NCBI GenBank assembly: GCA_963781585.1
Contig: CAWAGQ010000013.1
Span: 352,001-416,000 of the forward strand
Length of the DNA stretch: 64,000 nt
Source: an uncultured Gemmatimonadaceae bacterium
Lineage (GTDB): Bacteria; Gemmatimonadota; Gemmatimonadetes; Gemmatimonadales; Gemmatimonadaceae
Direction of reading: 5' to 3'
Part shown: piece by piece, positions 43,495 to 54,235 of the stretch
How the letters are laid out: every line of letters starts with the position of its first letter
Numbering within the stretch: position 1 is the stretch's first letter
Program-made: the position numbers and the translations under genes
Notes under the pieces: model-generated
What the model was told of the DNA's origin: nothing
The model's input: only the letters and a program-made list of their open reading frames with translations
Database searches by the model: none

Positions 43495-44349
43495 TCAGAA
43501 CACCAGCATGATCCCCACCTCGGGCGCCCAGCTCGGCGCCATCGACGTGAGCCCGACCGCGTTGTTGAGCTTCAGGAAAGCGCGCGACCCGAGCTGCACC
43601 TGGGCCTCGGTGACGAACGCCACCTCGTCCTGCTCACCTTCGATCCCCGCATAGACGCGCCAGGTGGGCGACAGCCGCTTCAGGTACTCCAGCGCGTACT
43701 CGCTGAACGCCACGTTGTGATCCTGCCCGTCGTATTCCAGCGACGTGCGCACGGTGAACGTCCCGATGCGGTATCCCTTGGTGGCCCCCACGCCGAGCAC
43801 GTGGTCCCAGCTCTGCGTTCCGATCAGGATCTTGCGATTGCGCTGAAACGGGAAATCGGTCTCCCAGTAGCTGAACCATTCCGGGCGCGACGCGGTCTCG
43901 GTGCTCCAGCGCCATCGGAGTTCGGCCTGCACGTCCCCCAGGCCGGATTCCCTGATGTTCGCCGGAAGCGCGCTCGGGTCCTTCGACGACTTGCGGAGGG
44001 ATCCGACCGTATACAGCGACGCCTCGAGCTCGAGGGCCAGACGCTCGGTGAGCCCGTAACCGACAAAGAGCTGGTACTCGCGCTCGCGGTACTTCCCCCG
44101 AAAGTCGTCGGCCACACCATAGCCCATTTCAGACGGCTTGTACTCGAGGTTCTGCGCCGTGTACTCGAAGAAGGGATACAGCAGCAGCTGACCCCGATCG
44201 ACGTAGGTCCCGAACATGGACGTCGAGATGCCCGTGCCGCGGTCGCGCAGGAATGGCTGCAGCTCCTGCGCGAACGCCGGCGACGACACCACCAGCGCGC
44301 AGGCAACGGAATGGAACGAGCTGGCCAACAGGCGTCGCTGTGAGGGCAT
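43495..44349 (-). CDS. Putative outer-membrane beta-barrel protein (MetA-pathway transporter-like)
   Basis: Signal peptide AFA; alternating strands, SGLGDV.AELRWRW, C-terminal Phe; ATG after GGAGG. Confidence 0.62.
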   Translation of the reverse strand: MPSQRRLLASSFHSVACALVVSSPAFAQELQPFLRDRGTGISTSMFGTYVDRGQLLLYPFFEYTAQNLEYKPSEMGYGVADDFRGKYREREYQLFVGYGLTERLALELEASLYTVGSLRKSSKDPSALPANIRESGLGDVQAELRWRWSTETASRPEWFSYWETDFPFQRNRKILIGTQSWDHVLGVGATKGYRIGTFTVRTSLEYDGQDHNVAFSEYALEYLKRLSPTWRVYAGIEGEQDEVAFVTEAQVQLGSRAFLKLNNAVGLTSMAPSWAPEVGIMLVF

Positions 44350-44673
44350 GCGTCCTCCCGAACCGATGCAGGTTGAGTGACAAGTGGCGCCAATCCGAAG
44401 GGAACGCTCGAACCCATCCGATTCGCGATGAGGCCGCTTCGCACAATCCGCCCCATGCCCGCGTGGTGTTCCGAACGTCGCGCGCCGCGCGGCGGTTCGA
44501 TACCGCCGGAGCGCGACGCCCGGCGCGTCTGCGTCTCCCGGGCTCCTTCTCTGCTTGACAGTGTTCCGGGCGATGCTTACCTGAATATCGTCAGCGCCGC
44601 GCGGGCGCGGCGGAGGCACGCGGGCGACCCCGCGGTGCCCGGAACGAACGTCGACATGGAGCGGGAGACCACT

Positions 44674-47658
44674 GTGGCAGACCGAGAGGCTGGATCACGC
44701 CGGCGCGACGCCGCCGCGGACCGAGCGGCCCCGATCGGGGCGGACGAGTCGTGTTTCTCGCGCCGGGGCTTTCTGGTGCACGCCAGCCAACTGGGATGCG
44801 CGCTCTCGTTTGCCGGGCCGCTGTTCAGCGGCGTGCTGGAGGCCGAGCCGACGCGTTCGGCGCTGCGGCGCGCGGGCGAGCACGTCGGAGCACCGGTGGG
44901 ACGGGCGCCGCAGCCGGCGGCGCTGTTTTCCGGACTCCGCTGGCGGATGCTGGGTCCGTTCCGGGGCGGTCGGGTCGACGCGGTGAGCGGCGTACCCGGC
45001 AGGCCTAACGAGTTCTATTTCGGTTCGGTGAACGGGGGGGTCTGGAAGTCGATCGACGCCGGTCGGGTGTGGGAGCCGGTCTTCGACAGCCAGCCGGTGG
45101 CGTCGATCGGCGCCCTGGCAGTGGCGCCGTCGGCACCCGACACGATCTATGTGGGGAGCGGTGAATCGACCTTGCGCGATTCGGTGGGATATGGCAACGG
45201 CATGTACAAGTCCACCGATGCCGGAAAGACGTGGACCCACATCGGGCTGGAGGACACGCAGCACATCGGCAAGATCGCGGTCGATCCGAGGAATCCGAAC
45301 GTGGTCTTCGTGGCGGCCATCGGCCACTTCTACGCATCCAATCCCGATCGCGGCGTCTATCGCTCGAGAGACGGTGGCCGCACCTGGCAGAAGGTCCTGT
45401 ACAAGAACGAGAACGTGGGCGCGATCGAAGTGGTAATCGATCCGACGAATTCCCAGGTGGTCTACGCGGGCCTCTGGAATACCCGTCGTCCGCCGTGGTT
45501 CACGTACGCGCCGAGCAACGGGCCGGGCGGCGGGATCTACAAGTCCACCGATGGGGGCACCACCTGGAAGCAGCTCACCAGGGGACTGCCAGGTGCAGGC
45601 ATCGGCCGGACCGGGATCGCGGTGGCACCGACCAATCCGCGGCGCGTGTACGCCGCGGTGGACTGTCTGGTGCCGGAGCGGGGCGCCGCGCAGGCCCCGC
45701 CGCCTGACGCGCCCGCCGGTGGCGGGCGCGGCGGCGGGGGCCGCGGCGGCGCACCGCCTCCGGCCCTCCAGGGCGGGTTCTTCCGCTCCGATGACGGCGG
45801 CGAATCGTGGACGCGCCTCTCCTCCGACAACGCGCTCTGGGGACGTGGCTGGTACTTCGAGCATGTGGTGACCGACCCGCGCAATGCGGACATTGTGTAC
45901 GTGTCGAATGTGTCGGTCTCGCGGTCGAAGGATGGAGGACACACGTGGGTCCCGCTCCGCGGTTCGCCGGGCGGCGACGACTACCATCAGGCCTGGGTCT
46001 CGCCGGACGATCCCGACACCATGATCGTCGCCAGCGACCAGGGATGCATCATCACGCGCAACGCCCGCACCGACGATCCGCGTGACGTGACCTGGAGCTC
46101 GTGGCTCAATCAGCCCACCGCCCAGATCTATCACGTCTCCGTGGATTACCGCTTCCCGTACTGGGTGACGGGGGCGCAGCAGGATTCCGGGTCAGTCGCC
46201 GTCTGCTCGCGCGGGAAGTTCGGCGAGATCTCCGAGCGCGACTGGGAACCCATCGGCGCCGGCGGAGAGAGCGGATACACGGCCGGCGATCCGCTGCACC
46301 CGGGCATCATCTACGGCGGCACCGGCAGCCGGTTCGACCTGGCGCTCAATCGCAACGTGCCGGGCACCACGTCGCCACGTTCACCCGAAACCGCGCGGAC
46401 CGACTGGACACAGCCGCTGGTGATCTCGAGGGCCGATCCGCGAGCGATGTACTACGCGAATCAGTTCCTGTTCAAAACCACCGACGGCGCGCAGTCATGG
46501 ACGCAGATCAGCGGCGACCTGACGCGTCCCGATTCCGGCGTCCCGTCGAATCTCGACGAGGCGTCGGCGAACGATCACGACCGGGAGCCGCGCGGCGTCA
46601 TCTACACGGTTGCGCCCTCGCCGATTCTGGTTCCGATGGTGTGGGCGGGGACCGACGACGGTCTGATCCACATGACCACCGACGACGGGAAGACCTGGCA
46701 GCAGGTGACGCCGCCGGCGGTGACGGCGTGGGCCCGGGTGACCACGGTCGAAGCGTCGCATTTCGACTTCAACAGCGCCTACGCGAGCGTCGACCGGCAT
46801 CAACTGCAGGACTTCGACCCCTACATCTATCGCACCCGCGACATGGGGAAGACCTGGCAGAAGATCACCACCGGGCTCCCCTCCGGTGTGTACGTGCACG
46901 TGGTCAAGGAAGACCCCCTGCGCCGGGGACTGCTGGTGGCCGGAACCGAGCGTGGCGCCTTCCTTTCGTTCGACGACGGCGACAGCTGGCAGCCGCTGCA
47001 GCTCAACCTTCCGACGACGTCGGTGCGTGATTTCGAGTTCTACGGGAACGACCTGATCGTGGCGACGCATGGGCGGGGGTTCTGGGTCATCGACGACATC
47101 AGTCCGCTCCGTCAGATCACCGACGAGGTCGCGCGCGCGGACGTCTACCTGTTCCAGCCGGCCGACGCCATCGCCTACGTGCAGGGCGGGGACAACGGCA
47201 CGCCGGTGCAGAAGGACGAGCCGCAGGCCGGGAATCCGCCTAACGGGGCGTACATCGACTACTATCTGAGGGCGAACGCGGCCGGGACGGTCACGCTCGA
47301 GATTCTCGACGCGGGTGGTCAGGCGCTGGAGACGTTCTCGAACGAGGAGGCCACGCCGCCGGCGGGCGGTGGGCGCGGCGGCGGACGTGGTGGCGGAATT
47401 CCCAATACCACCGCGCTGTGGCGTCCAGCGCCCACGCCGTTCGAGGTGTCCGCCGGGATGCATCGCGCGGTCTGGAATCCGGGGGGCGGCGGCCGCGGCC
47501 GTGGAGGGTTTGGCGGTGGTGGAGGGCGCGGCGGTCGCGGAGGCGGTCGTGGCGCGCCGACACTTCCAGCGACCTTCACGGCAAAGCTCACGGTGGGCGG
47601 GAAAAGCTATACCCAGGAGTTCACGGTGCGTCCGGATCCGCGAATGTCGGAGCGGTAA
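44674..47658 (+). CDS. Tat-exported VPS10/BNR (Asp-box) beta-propeller glycosyl-hydrolase-like protein
   Basis: SRRGFL Tat motif; WRMLGPFRGGR; many Asp-boxes; ATHGRGFWVIDDI; GTG 44674 after GGGAGA (alternative ATG 44656); TTGACA at 44555. Confidence 0.85.
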   Translation: MADREAGSRRRDAAADRAAPIGADESCFSRRGFLVHASQLGCALSFAGPLFSGVLEAEPTRSALRRAGEHVGAPVGRAPQPAALFSGLRWRMLGPFRGGRVDAVSGVPGRPNEFYFGSVNGGVWKSIDAGRVWEPVFDSQPVASIGALAVAPSAPDTIYVGSGESTLRDSVGYGNGMYKSTDAGKTWTHIGLEDTQHIGKIAVDPRNPNVVFVAAIGHFYASNPDRGVYRSRDGGRTWQKVLYKNENVGAIEVVIDPTNSQVVYAGLWNTRRPPWFTYAPSNGPGGGIYKSTDGGTTWKQLTRGLPGAGIGRTGIAVAPTNPRRVYAAVDCLVPERGAAQAPPPDAPAGGGRGGGGRGGAPPPALQGGFFRSDDGGESWTRLSSDNALWGRGWYFEHVVTDPRNADIVYVSNVSVSRSKDGGHTWVPLRGSPGGDDYHQAWVSPDDPDTMIVASDQGCIITRNARTDDPRDVTWSSWLNQPTAQIYHVSVDYRFPYWVTGAQQDSGSVAVCSRGKFGEISERDWEPIGAGGESGYTAGDPLHPGIIYGGTGSRFDLALNRNVPGTTSPRSPETARTDWTQPLVISRADPRAMYYANQFLFKTTDGAQSWTQISGDLTRPDSGVPSNLDEASANDHDREPRGVIYTVAPSPILVPMVWAGTDDGLIHMTTDDGKTWQQVTPPAVTAWARVTTVEASHFDFNSAYASVDRHQLQDFDPYIYRTRDMGKTWQKITTGLPSGVYVHVVKEDPLRRGLLVAGTERGAFLSFDDGDSWQPLQLNLPTTSVRDFEFYGNDLIVATHGRGFWVIDDISPLRQITDEVARADVYLFQPADAIAYVQGGDNGTPVQKDEPQAGNPPNGAYIDYYLRANAAGTVTLEILDAGGQALETFSNEEATPPAGGGRGGGRGGGIPNTTALWRPAPTPFEVSAGMHRAVWNPGGGGRGRGGFGGGGGRGGRGGGRGAPTLPATFTAKLTVGGKSYTQEFTVRPDPRMSER

Positions 47659-47666
47659 TTCGGTAG

Positions 47667-47697
47667 AGGGCCAACGGGGTCGAGCCCCATTGGCCCT
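47667..47697. terminator. Stem-loop between convergent genes (possible bidirectional terminator)
   Basis: AGGGCCAAcGGGG-tcgag-CCCCaTTGGCCCT. Confidence 0.6.
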
Positions 47698-47717
47698 TCG
47701 TCGGGCGCAGCGTTGCG

Positions 47718-48971
47718 TCAGCCCGGTTCGGCCTCGTCGCCGGGCCGGGCGCCACTGGCCACCATCGCCGCCGCCGCCAGATCGCCCGTCACGTTGAACA
47801 CCGTCGACAGCGTGTCGGGAATCGCGTCCACCGCGATCAGGATCCCGATCCCCTCGGCGGGGAGGCCGATCGTCACGAACAACGGTGCCAGCATGATGAA
47901 TGCGCCCCGGGGAACTCCCGGTCCCGCGAACGACAGGAAGATCGACGCGAAGGCGACGGTGGCCAGCTGCGCGGCGTGCAAAGGAACGCCGTAGAACCAG
48001 CCGATGAAGAGCGCGCCTGCGGTCCAGGCCACCGGGGCGGCGATGTGGAAACTGGAGACCGCGAGCGGCAGCACGAAGCCGGTGACGCGATCCGGCAGCC
48101 CGAGTCCACGCTCGGCGCTCTCGACGAGCGCGGGGAGGGTGGCGATCGATGACGAGGAACCGAAAGCGATGAGTTGGGCGGGGAGCACCGCCCGGCCGAA
48201 GCGGCGCATGGGAATGCGAGCGACGAGCGATACGGCCGGATAGAGCAGGGCTGTCATGATGAGGCTGCCCAGCGAATAGGCGGCGATGTAGAACCCGATG
48301 CCGCCGGCCAGTGCACCGCCGGCCCGCGCAGCCAGCGGCAGAACGAGCGCAAATACGCCGATCGGCGCGAGCAACACGATCCAGCGCACCAGCACGAGCA
48401 TGGCCTCGCCAAGCCCTCGAAAGAACACCACCAGTGGATCCCGCACCTGGGCAGGGCTCCGCGCCACGGCCAGGGCCAGCAGCAAGGTGAAGAGAATCAG
48501 GGCGACCAGGTCGCCGTTGGCGGCCGCGGCCACCGGATTCGAGGGGATGAGCGAGATGAGCCAGTTCGCCAGGGTCTGATGCTGCCCGGCCCCCGCGATC
48601 TGACTGGCGGCTTCCGCAGCGCCTGGCGGGGGCGGTGGAGGCACGGCAGGGCGGGGCAGCAGCGCGAAAACCGAGGGCAGGAGCGGCATGACCAGGACCG
48701 CGGTGCCCGCGAGCAGCACCCCGAACACCACCAGGGTTCGCGCACCGAGCCGGCCGACCGTCCCCACATCCGTTGCCGACGCCACCCCCGTGATCAGCAG
48801 CGACACGACCAGCGGAATCACGGTCATCCGGATTGCGTTCACCCAGAGCGTTCCGGCGGGAGCAATGAAATCGGCGACCCGCAGGAGCGGAGCGCTGCCT
48901 GACGCGGCGATCGCAATGCCGCCCGCCCCGGCCGCACCGAGGGCAACGAGGACGCGCGTGCTCTCTTTCAT
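47718..48971 (-). CDS. Dicarboxylate/amino acid:cation symporter (GltP/DAACS family)
   Basis: IRMTVIPLVV, IPSNP, LAPIGVFAL, AFGSSSSIATLP, GVPRG, IAVDAIPD..TVFNVTGD. Confidence 0.92.
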   Translation of the reverse strand: MKESTRVLVALGAAGAGGIAIAASGSAPLLRVADFIAPAGTLWVNAIRMTVIPLVVSLLITGVASATDVGTVGRLGARTLVVFGVLLAGTAVLVMPLLPSVFALLPRPAVPPPPPPGAAEAASQIAGAGQHQTLANWLISLIPSNPVAAAANGDLVALILFTLLLALAVARSPAQVRDPLVVFFRGLGEAMLVLVRWIVLLAPIGVFALVLPLAARAGGALAGGIGFYIAAYSLGSLIMTALLYPAVSLVARIPMRRFGRAVLPAQLIAFGSSSSIATLPALVESAERGLGLPDRVTGFVLPLAVSSFHIAAPVAWTAGALFIGWFYGVPLHAAQLATVAFASIFLSFAGPGVPRGAFIMLAPLFVTIGLPAEGIGILIAVDAIPDTLSTVFNVTGDLAAAAMVASGARPGDEAEPG

Positions 48972-48984
48972 GGGGCGATCGCCA

Positions 48985-49734
48985 TTACATCATCAGGTCG
49001 CCGCCGTTGATGTCGAGCGACGTACCGGTGATGTAGCCGGCCGCTTCGGAGGCAATGAAGCAGATCAGGTCCGCGACCTCCCGGGCGGTGCCGAGCCGTG
49101 GTACGGGGTATCCCGCCGCCAGGCGTTCCAGCAGGTCGGGGGTGGCGTTTTCCCGCGTCAACTCGGTATCGATCATTCCGGGACAGATCGCGTTGACGGT
49201 GATGCCCGACTTTCCGAGCTCCTTGGCCGCCGCCCGTGTCAGCCCCAGCAGACCCGCCTTGGACGCCGTGTAGTGGGAGCCGCCGAGAGTGCTGACCGTC
49301 CGTCCGGCCGACGACGAGATGTTGACCACGCGGCCGTAGGCCTGCTGCTTCATCGTCGGCAGCACCGCCCGGATGAACAGGAACGGAGCGGTGAGGTTGA
49401 CGTCGAGCGTCGCCCGCCACTCCTCCGGGCTGATGTCGGCGAATCGGGTGGAGCGGGCCATCGCCGCGTTGTTCACCAGGATGTCGATCCGCCCGAATCG
49501 GTCGAGGGTGCGCCCGACGATGGCCTCGGGCACGCCGTCAGCGGACACGTCTCCCGGCACTGCCAGGGCCCGATCGCCTAACGAGTCGGCGATCGACTCG
49601 GCACGCGCGGCATCGCGCACGTTGACGGCGACGCTCGCGCCGCGCTCGTGCAGCCGTTCGGCCGCCGCGCGACCCAGACCACGGGCCGCGCCGGTGACGA
49701 TCGCGACCCGTCCCCTGAAATCCGTCTCCGCCAT
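48985..49734 (-). CDS. SDR family NAD(P)-dependent oxidoreductase (FabG-like)
   Basis: TGAARGLG, NNA, NISS, YTASK, ICPGMIDT. Confidence 0.93.
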   Translation of the reverse strand: MAETDFRGRVAIVTGAARGLGRAAAERLHERGASVAVNVRDAARAESIADSLGDRALAVPGDVSADGVPEAIVGRTLDRFGRIDILVNNAAMARSTRFADISPEEWRATLDVNLTAPFLFIRAVLPTMKQQAYGRVVNISSSAGRTVSTLGGSHYTASKAGLLGLTRAAAKELGKSGITVNAICPGMIDTELTRENATPDLLERLAAGYPVPRLGTAREVADLICFIASEAAGYITGTSLDINGGDLMM

Positions 49735-49752
49735 CCGCGGCGACGGGTGGTC

Positions 49753-52700
49753 CTATGGATTGCCGGACGGCGGCGGACCGCCCGACCCTCCGGCCCCTCC
49801 CGGGCCACCGCCCGATCCGGGCGTTCCGACGCCGCCACCGGGGCTGGTGACGGCCACCGGGCGGGCCGCATCGCCGGTGGGACGCTTCTTCTTCAGGAAC
49901 GGCACTCCGTTGGCGATCCAGTCCGCCGCCGGTTCTCCCTTCAGGTAGTGATCGTAGAACTGCTTCATCCGCGTCTCTACGTCGTACTGATTCTCATAGC
50001 GCGTGAAGCCGTGCGCCTCCCCCTCGTACGACAGGAAAATCACCGGTTTGCCGAGGAAGCGGAGCGCGTTGTAGAACTCGACTCCCTGGATCCAGTCCAC
50101 CGATCCGTCGTTGGTGCCCTGCAGCAGCAGCAGCGGCGTGTTCATGGTCTTCGCATGAAACACCGCCGACTGGTCCATGAACAGTTCGAGATTGTCGTAG
50201 GGGTTGGTGCCGAACCGGCCCTGCCCGTAGGTGTCGTAACGATGCTGGTTGGTGCCGTTCGTCTTCCAGAGCTGGTTGAAATCGGCGACCAGGTCCGTGG
50301 CCGCGGCCCCGGCCACGATTGCCGCGAACATCTTCGATTGCGTGGAAATGTACGCCGAGCCCTGACCGGAATAGCTGTGGCCGTGCAGTCCGACGCGCTT
50401 CGGATCGGCGTATCCGAGCTCGATCACCCGCTTCACCGCGGCCTCCACCGAATTCAGCATGTCGGTGTGCGACCGCCCGGTGTGGTAGTAGATGTCGGGC
50501 TGCATAACGAGATAGCCGTTGCTCACGTAGTCGGAGAACTGCGGCGCGGTGGCGTACCGCGGTGCCTGATAGCGGTGCAGGTTCTGCGAGTTCTTCTCGT
50601 AATAATCCACCAGCATCGGGAGCTTCTGTCCCGCCTGGTAGTCGTCGGGAATGGCCAGCGTGCCCTGCAGCTTGTGTCCGTCCTTGTCCTTGTAGTCGAA
50701 CAGAATGCGATGGCCCCACGCGTATTCGGCCTGCTGCGGGTTGGCGTTCGTCACGCGTTGCGGATTCGCGAAATGGCTGTCGCTCACCCAATAGTCCGGG
50801 AATTGCTCGAACGTCTCGCGCGTGAACAGCAGTCGATCGGCATCGCGGGCCTTGATCGGTCGTCCGATCGAGGCGTCCTCGTAGATGAGCGGCCTGAGCG
50901 TGTCGCCGTCCAGCTCGTAGTAGCCGTCCTTCTTCGTCAGGTCGCCGAATGCCGAGAGGGTCACCGGTTTGGAGAGATCGATCGTGCGATCCTGGCCGGC
51001 GCCGCCGCCGCGGCCGCCGCCGCCCGGCACACCGGGACCCGGAGGCGCCGTGGGATCGTCCGGTGGCTCGATCCGTTCGTAGCGGAATCGAATGCCTTCA
51101 CGCGTCCCCACGCCGTTGGTCAGATTGCGTGGCGGCGTCCTGCCGTCGAGCGAGACCAGCCACAGGTCGTACTGGTGGTCGAGGATCACCGACTTGCCGT
51201 CCTTGCTGAATCCGGAGATGCCGTAGGGCGGCTTCTCGCCCAGGTGATCCTCTTCGACATTCACGAAGCTGACCGGGGCCCCCTTCGTGATGCTGGTGTG
51301 CGTGTTCGCGGCAATGTCGTAGGCCCAGATCTGGCCGCCCTTCCAGTACAGCATCACGTGACCGTCCGGCGACAGCCCCAGCGTGCGCTCCTGGCCCTTG
51401 AGCACCGACGTGCGTTCTCCCGTCCCGGTGCTCACCCGATAGTAGTCGGCCAGCTGCGGCTTCCAGTCGTCGATGTAGCTGTGGTCGTCCTGGCCGATGC
51501 CCCAGCGGCCGTCCTTCGTGATCTGCACGGTCTGCATCAGCGTGTCGGCGAGCGGGACGACGCGCTTCTCGTCCAGGAGCACGCTCGCGACGTACGTCCG
51601 ATTGCGATCCCTGGCGGCGCGGGCCATCTGCACCGACTGGATATAGGGATCCTTCCAGTGCCACACGTCGACGTTGGCAACCGGCTCCTCGGCCACGGTC
51701 GAGTCACGCCTGACGGGCGGCCGCGCTTCCTGCGCCTTCAGGCCGACGAAGATGCGGGAGTGATCGGGGCTCCAGGAAATGTTTCCCTTCTCGCTCATCA
51801 CCATGCCCGTGGGAAGCCCGCTCACGTCGGACGGGCCGAGGGTCCATGACGCCGGCTCCGGTCCATCGAGCTCGGCAAAGGCGACAAGTGAATTCTCCCT
51901 CTCCGTGAAACCACGGCGGTCCACGCCGCGCAGCGCGGCCACCGCCGTTCCCGAATCGTCCCAGGTGAGCCGCGAGTAGTCGGCGCGTGCATTGTCCAGC
52001 GCGCGCCGCAGCCCGTGCTCCACCGACTCCACGAACAGGCCGTTCCCTTCGCGATCGGCCGCCGCGACGGTGTAGGCGAGGAAGGTCCCCGATCGATTGA
52101 ACTCGGCGTCCGAAACACTTCCAATGAGCTCGTCGTGGCCGTCGCGCAGGTTGTGGAGGATGAGATCCGTGCCCTCGGTCGCCGGCGGCGCGCCGGCGTT
52201 GCCGCCGCGGCCTCCACCGCCGCCGCCGCCACCACCCGCCCCCCGGCCCCCCGCTCCCGCGGTCGTCGCACCCGGCCGCGCCTTGCGCACGAACAGCGCG
52301 CCCGAGCCCTTGGCGAACGAGAACGACGCCACGTTGTCCCAGCTGACCGTCGCCGCGGTGGAAAGGTTTTGCAACTCGACCTTCTCCGGCACCGGGCTTC
52401 GATTGTTCTGCAGCCGCTCCTGTTCCTTGACCGGCAGCGAGAGGAAGTAGGCGACCCATCGCGAGTCGTCGGAGAACTGCGGGCGCGCCGCCCGCGCGAT
52501 CCGCTGCTCGGTCCCGCTCGCGAGATTGCGCACGAACAGGGTGTCGTCCGTCTTGCGCTGCTGATACCCGTAGGTCGCCCAGGTCCCATCATCGGAAATG
52601 GCGACATAGCGCACGGTGCGCCAGCGCGCGTAGTCGGCAATCGTGAGCGCCTGCTTCGCGCTGACCGGCGACGGGTGCGCCGCGGCGGACTGCACGGCAG

Positions 52701-52824
52701 CCGCGCGGCCCTCGTCGCCGTTGCGCTGCGCGGCGAGGGGCGCGGCCGCCGCGATCAGCACGACGGCCGGGAGGAGAAGCGAGAACGCGCGGCAGGCGCC
52801 GCGTGGGTGATCGAGAGTGCGCAT
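49753..52824 (-). CDS. Large secreted S9-family peptidase
   Basis: Signal peptide; propeller repeats; GHSYSG, GTNDGSV, GEAHG; Gly/Arg-rich inserts. Confidence 0.88.
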   Translation of the reverse strand: MRTLDHPRGACRAFSLLLPAVVLIAAAAPLAAQRNGDEGRAAAVQSAAAHPSPVSAKQALTIADYARWRTVRYVAISDDGTWATYGYQQRKTDDTLFVRNLASGTEQRIARAARPQFSDDSRWVAYFLSLPVKEQERLQNNRSPVPEKVELQNLSTAATVSWDNVASFSFAKGSGALFVRKARPGATTAGAGGRGAGGGGGGGGGRGGNAGAPPATEGTDLILHNLRDGHDELIGSVSDAEFNRSGTFLAYTVAAADREGNGLFVESVEHGLRRALDNARADYSRLTWDDSGTAVAALRGVDRRGFTERENSLVAFAELDGPEPASWTLGPSDVSGLPTGMVMSEKGNISWSPDHSRIFVGLKAQEARPPVRRDSTVAEEPVANVDVWHWKDPYIQSVQMARAARDRNRTYVASVLLDEKRVVPLADTLMQTVQITKDGRWGIGQDDHSYIDDWKPQLADYYRVSTGTGERTSVLKGQERTLGLSPDGHVMLYWKGGQIWAYDIAANTHTSITKGAPVSFVNVEEDHLGEKPPYGISGFSKDGKSVILDHQYDLWLVSLDGRTPPRNLTNGVGTREGIRFRYERIEPPDDPTAPPGPGVPGGGGRGGGAGQDRTIDLSKPVTLSAFGDLTKKDGYYELDGDTLRPLIYEDASIGRPIKARDADRLLFTRETFEQFPDYWVSDSHFANPQRVTNANPQQAEYAWGHRILFDYKDKDGHKLQGTLAIPDDYQAGQKLPMLVDYYEKNSQNLHRYQAPRYATAPQFSDYVSNGYLVMQPDIYYHTGRSHTDMLNSVEAAVKRVIELGYADPKRVGLHGHSYSGQGSAYISTQSKMFAAIVAGAAATDLVADFNQLWKTNGTNQHRYDTYGQGRFGTNPYDNLELFMDQSAVFHAKTMNTPLLLLQGTNDGSVDWIQGVEFYNALRFLGKPVIFLSYEGEAHGFTRYENQYDVETRMKQFYDHYLKGEPAADWIANGVPFLKKKRPTGDAARPVAVTSPGGGVGTPGSGGGPGGAGGSGGPPPSGNP

Positions 52825-52906
52825 GGCCGTCTCCAGCAAGAGCGCGATGTGGGGCGTGAAACGGGTGGCGAGTCGGGAGCGACGCCGACCCTAACGTACG
52901 GTCGGA

Positions 52907-52935
52907 CCGGACGCCGCGACAGGAGCGGCGTCCGG
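52907..52935 (-). terminator. Perfect 11-bp stem-loop downstream of the M28 gene
   Basis: CCGGACGCCGC-gacagga-GCGGCGTCCGG. Confidence 0.5.
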
Positions 52936-52960
52936 AGGACCGGCGGTTGCGCGATGCGCG

Positions 52961-54235
52961 CTACTTCCTGATGGTCGCTCCGGTGAGCTGGGCGATGGCG
53001 CCGAGCGTGGTCTGCGCGGCGTTCAATCCCAACCGGAAGTCCTGGTCGTTGTAGGTTGCGTACACGTCGGTGGGCTGGTGCCACTGCGGATCCCAGCCGG
53101 CGCCGATCTGCGTGCCGCGCTCATTCTCGCGCAGGCTGATCGCGGGCACGATGTCCTTGAAGGCGTCGGAGTCGGTGTTGGTCATGTGCGGCCCCACCTG
53201 TGCCGGATAGTCGGTCGCGTACTTCTCGTTCGCCGTGTGGAAGAACCAGGCCAGCTTCTGCGCGCCGTCCGCCACCTTCGCGGTCGACTGGAATTCGATA
53301 TTCACGTCGGCTTCCGGGCGCTGCTCCCTGCTCACCGTGCCGTCCGCGCGCGGCATGCCGTGGTCGAACAGCATCATGTCGTGCTGAACCATCCCCAGCC
53401 ATTTCGGTTCGGGGTACTTTCGCGAGCCTGGCGGATCCTCCTTGCCCTGAAGCGCCTCGCGCTGCGCCACGTACGCGCGTGCGCCATTGAGGCCGGTCTC
53501 CTCGTTGTTCCAGAGCGCGAACCGGATGGAACGCTCGGTCTGCACGTCCGGGCTGCTGAAGACGCGCGCCAGTTCCATCACCAGGGCCGCGCCCGAACCA
53601 TCGTCGTTCGCTGCTTCGCCCCACCCGTGGCCGTCCATGTGTCCGCCGACGATGTACATCTCCTCGGGATGGGTGGTACCGACTTTGGTGCAATACACTT
53701 CCTGGCGTTCGCCGGCCGCGAAGGGCTGCATGTCGAGCGCGCGGAGCTTGAGGTCGGGTTGGGCGAGTGAGTCGGTATTGACGCCGGTTCGCGCCCGGTT
53801 GCCGCGAATGCGACCGCCACCGGAGGCCGTCGTGCCGCGGCCGCCGCGCCCACCCGCGCGGCCGGCACCCCCGCCGCGCTGGCCACCAGCTCTTCCAGCG
53901 GCCGTGGTGTCTCCACGCCCACCGCCACCGGCGCGACCGCGCGCCGGCGGGGGCGTGTAGTCGTAGGTGATTCGTTCGGTGTTCGTGCACCCGTAGCTCT
54001 TGAGCTGCGCCTCGATCCAGTTCACGGCAGCGCGGTTCCGGTCGGTACCCTGACGGCGATCCCCGAACTGCGTGAGTCCCTTGATCGTGGCCTTGTAATT
54101 CTCCAGATCGAGCCGGGACACCAGCTGGATAACGGGATCGCTGCTCGAGTCCGGGCCGCCGCCCTGGGCCAACAACGGCCCGGCGATAATCGCGAGAATT
54201 CCGCAGTGTGTGATGACGCAGGGGATGGCACGCAT
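52961..54235 (-). CDS. Secreted M28-family metallopeptidase
   Basis: Signal peptide; GHMD, ANDDGSG, EETGL, HDMM, WHQPTD; long RGG-rich insert. Confidence 0.87.
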   Translation of the reverse strand: MRAIPCVITHCGILAIIAGPLLAQGGGPDSSSDPVIQLVSRLDLENYKATIKGLTQFGDRRQGTDRNRAAVNWIEAQLKSYGCTNTERITYDYTPPPARGRAGGGGRGDTTAAGRAGGQRGGGAGRAGGRGGRGTTASGGGRIRGNRARTGVNTDSLAQPDLKLRALDMQPFAAGERQEVYCTKVGTTHPEEMYIVGGHMDGHGWGEAANDDGSGAALVMELARVFSSPDVQTERSIRFALWNNEETGLNGARAYVAQREALQGKEDPPGSRKYPEPKWLGMVQHDMMLFDHGMPRADGTVSREQRPEADVNIEFQSTAKVADGAQKLAWFFHTANEKYATDYPAQVGPHMTNTDSDAFKDIVPAISLRENERGTQIGAGWDPQWHQPTDVYATYNDQDFRLGLNAAQTTLGAIAQLTGATIRK

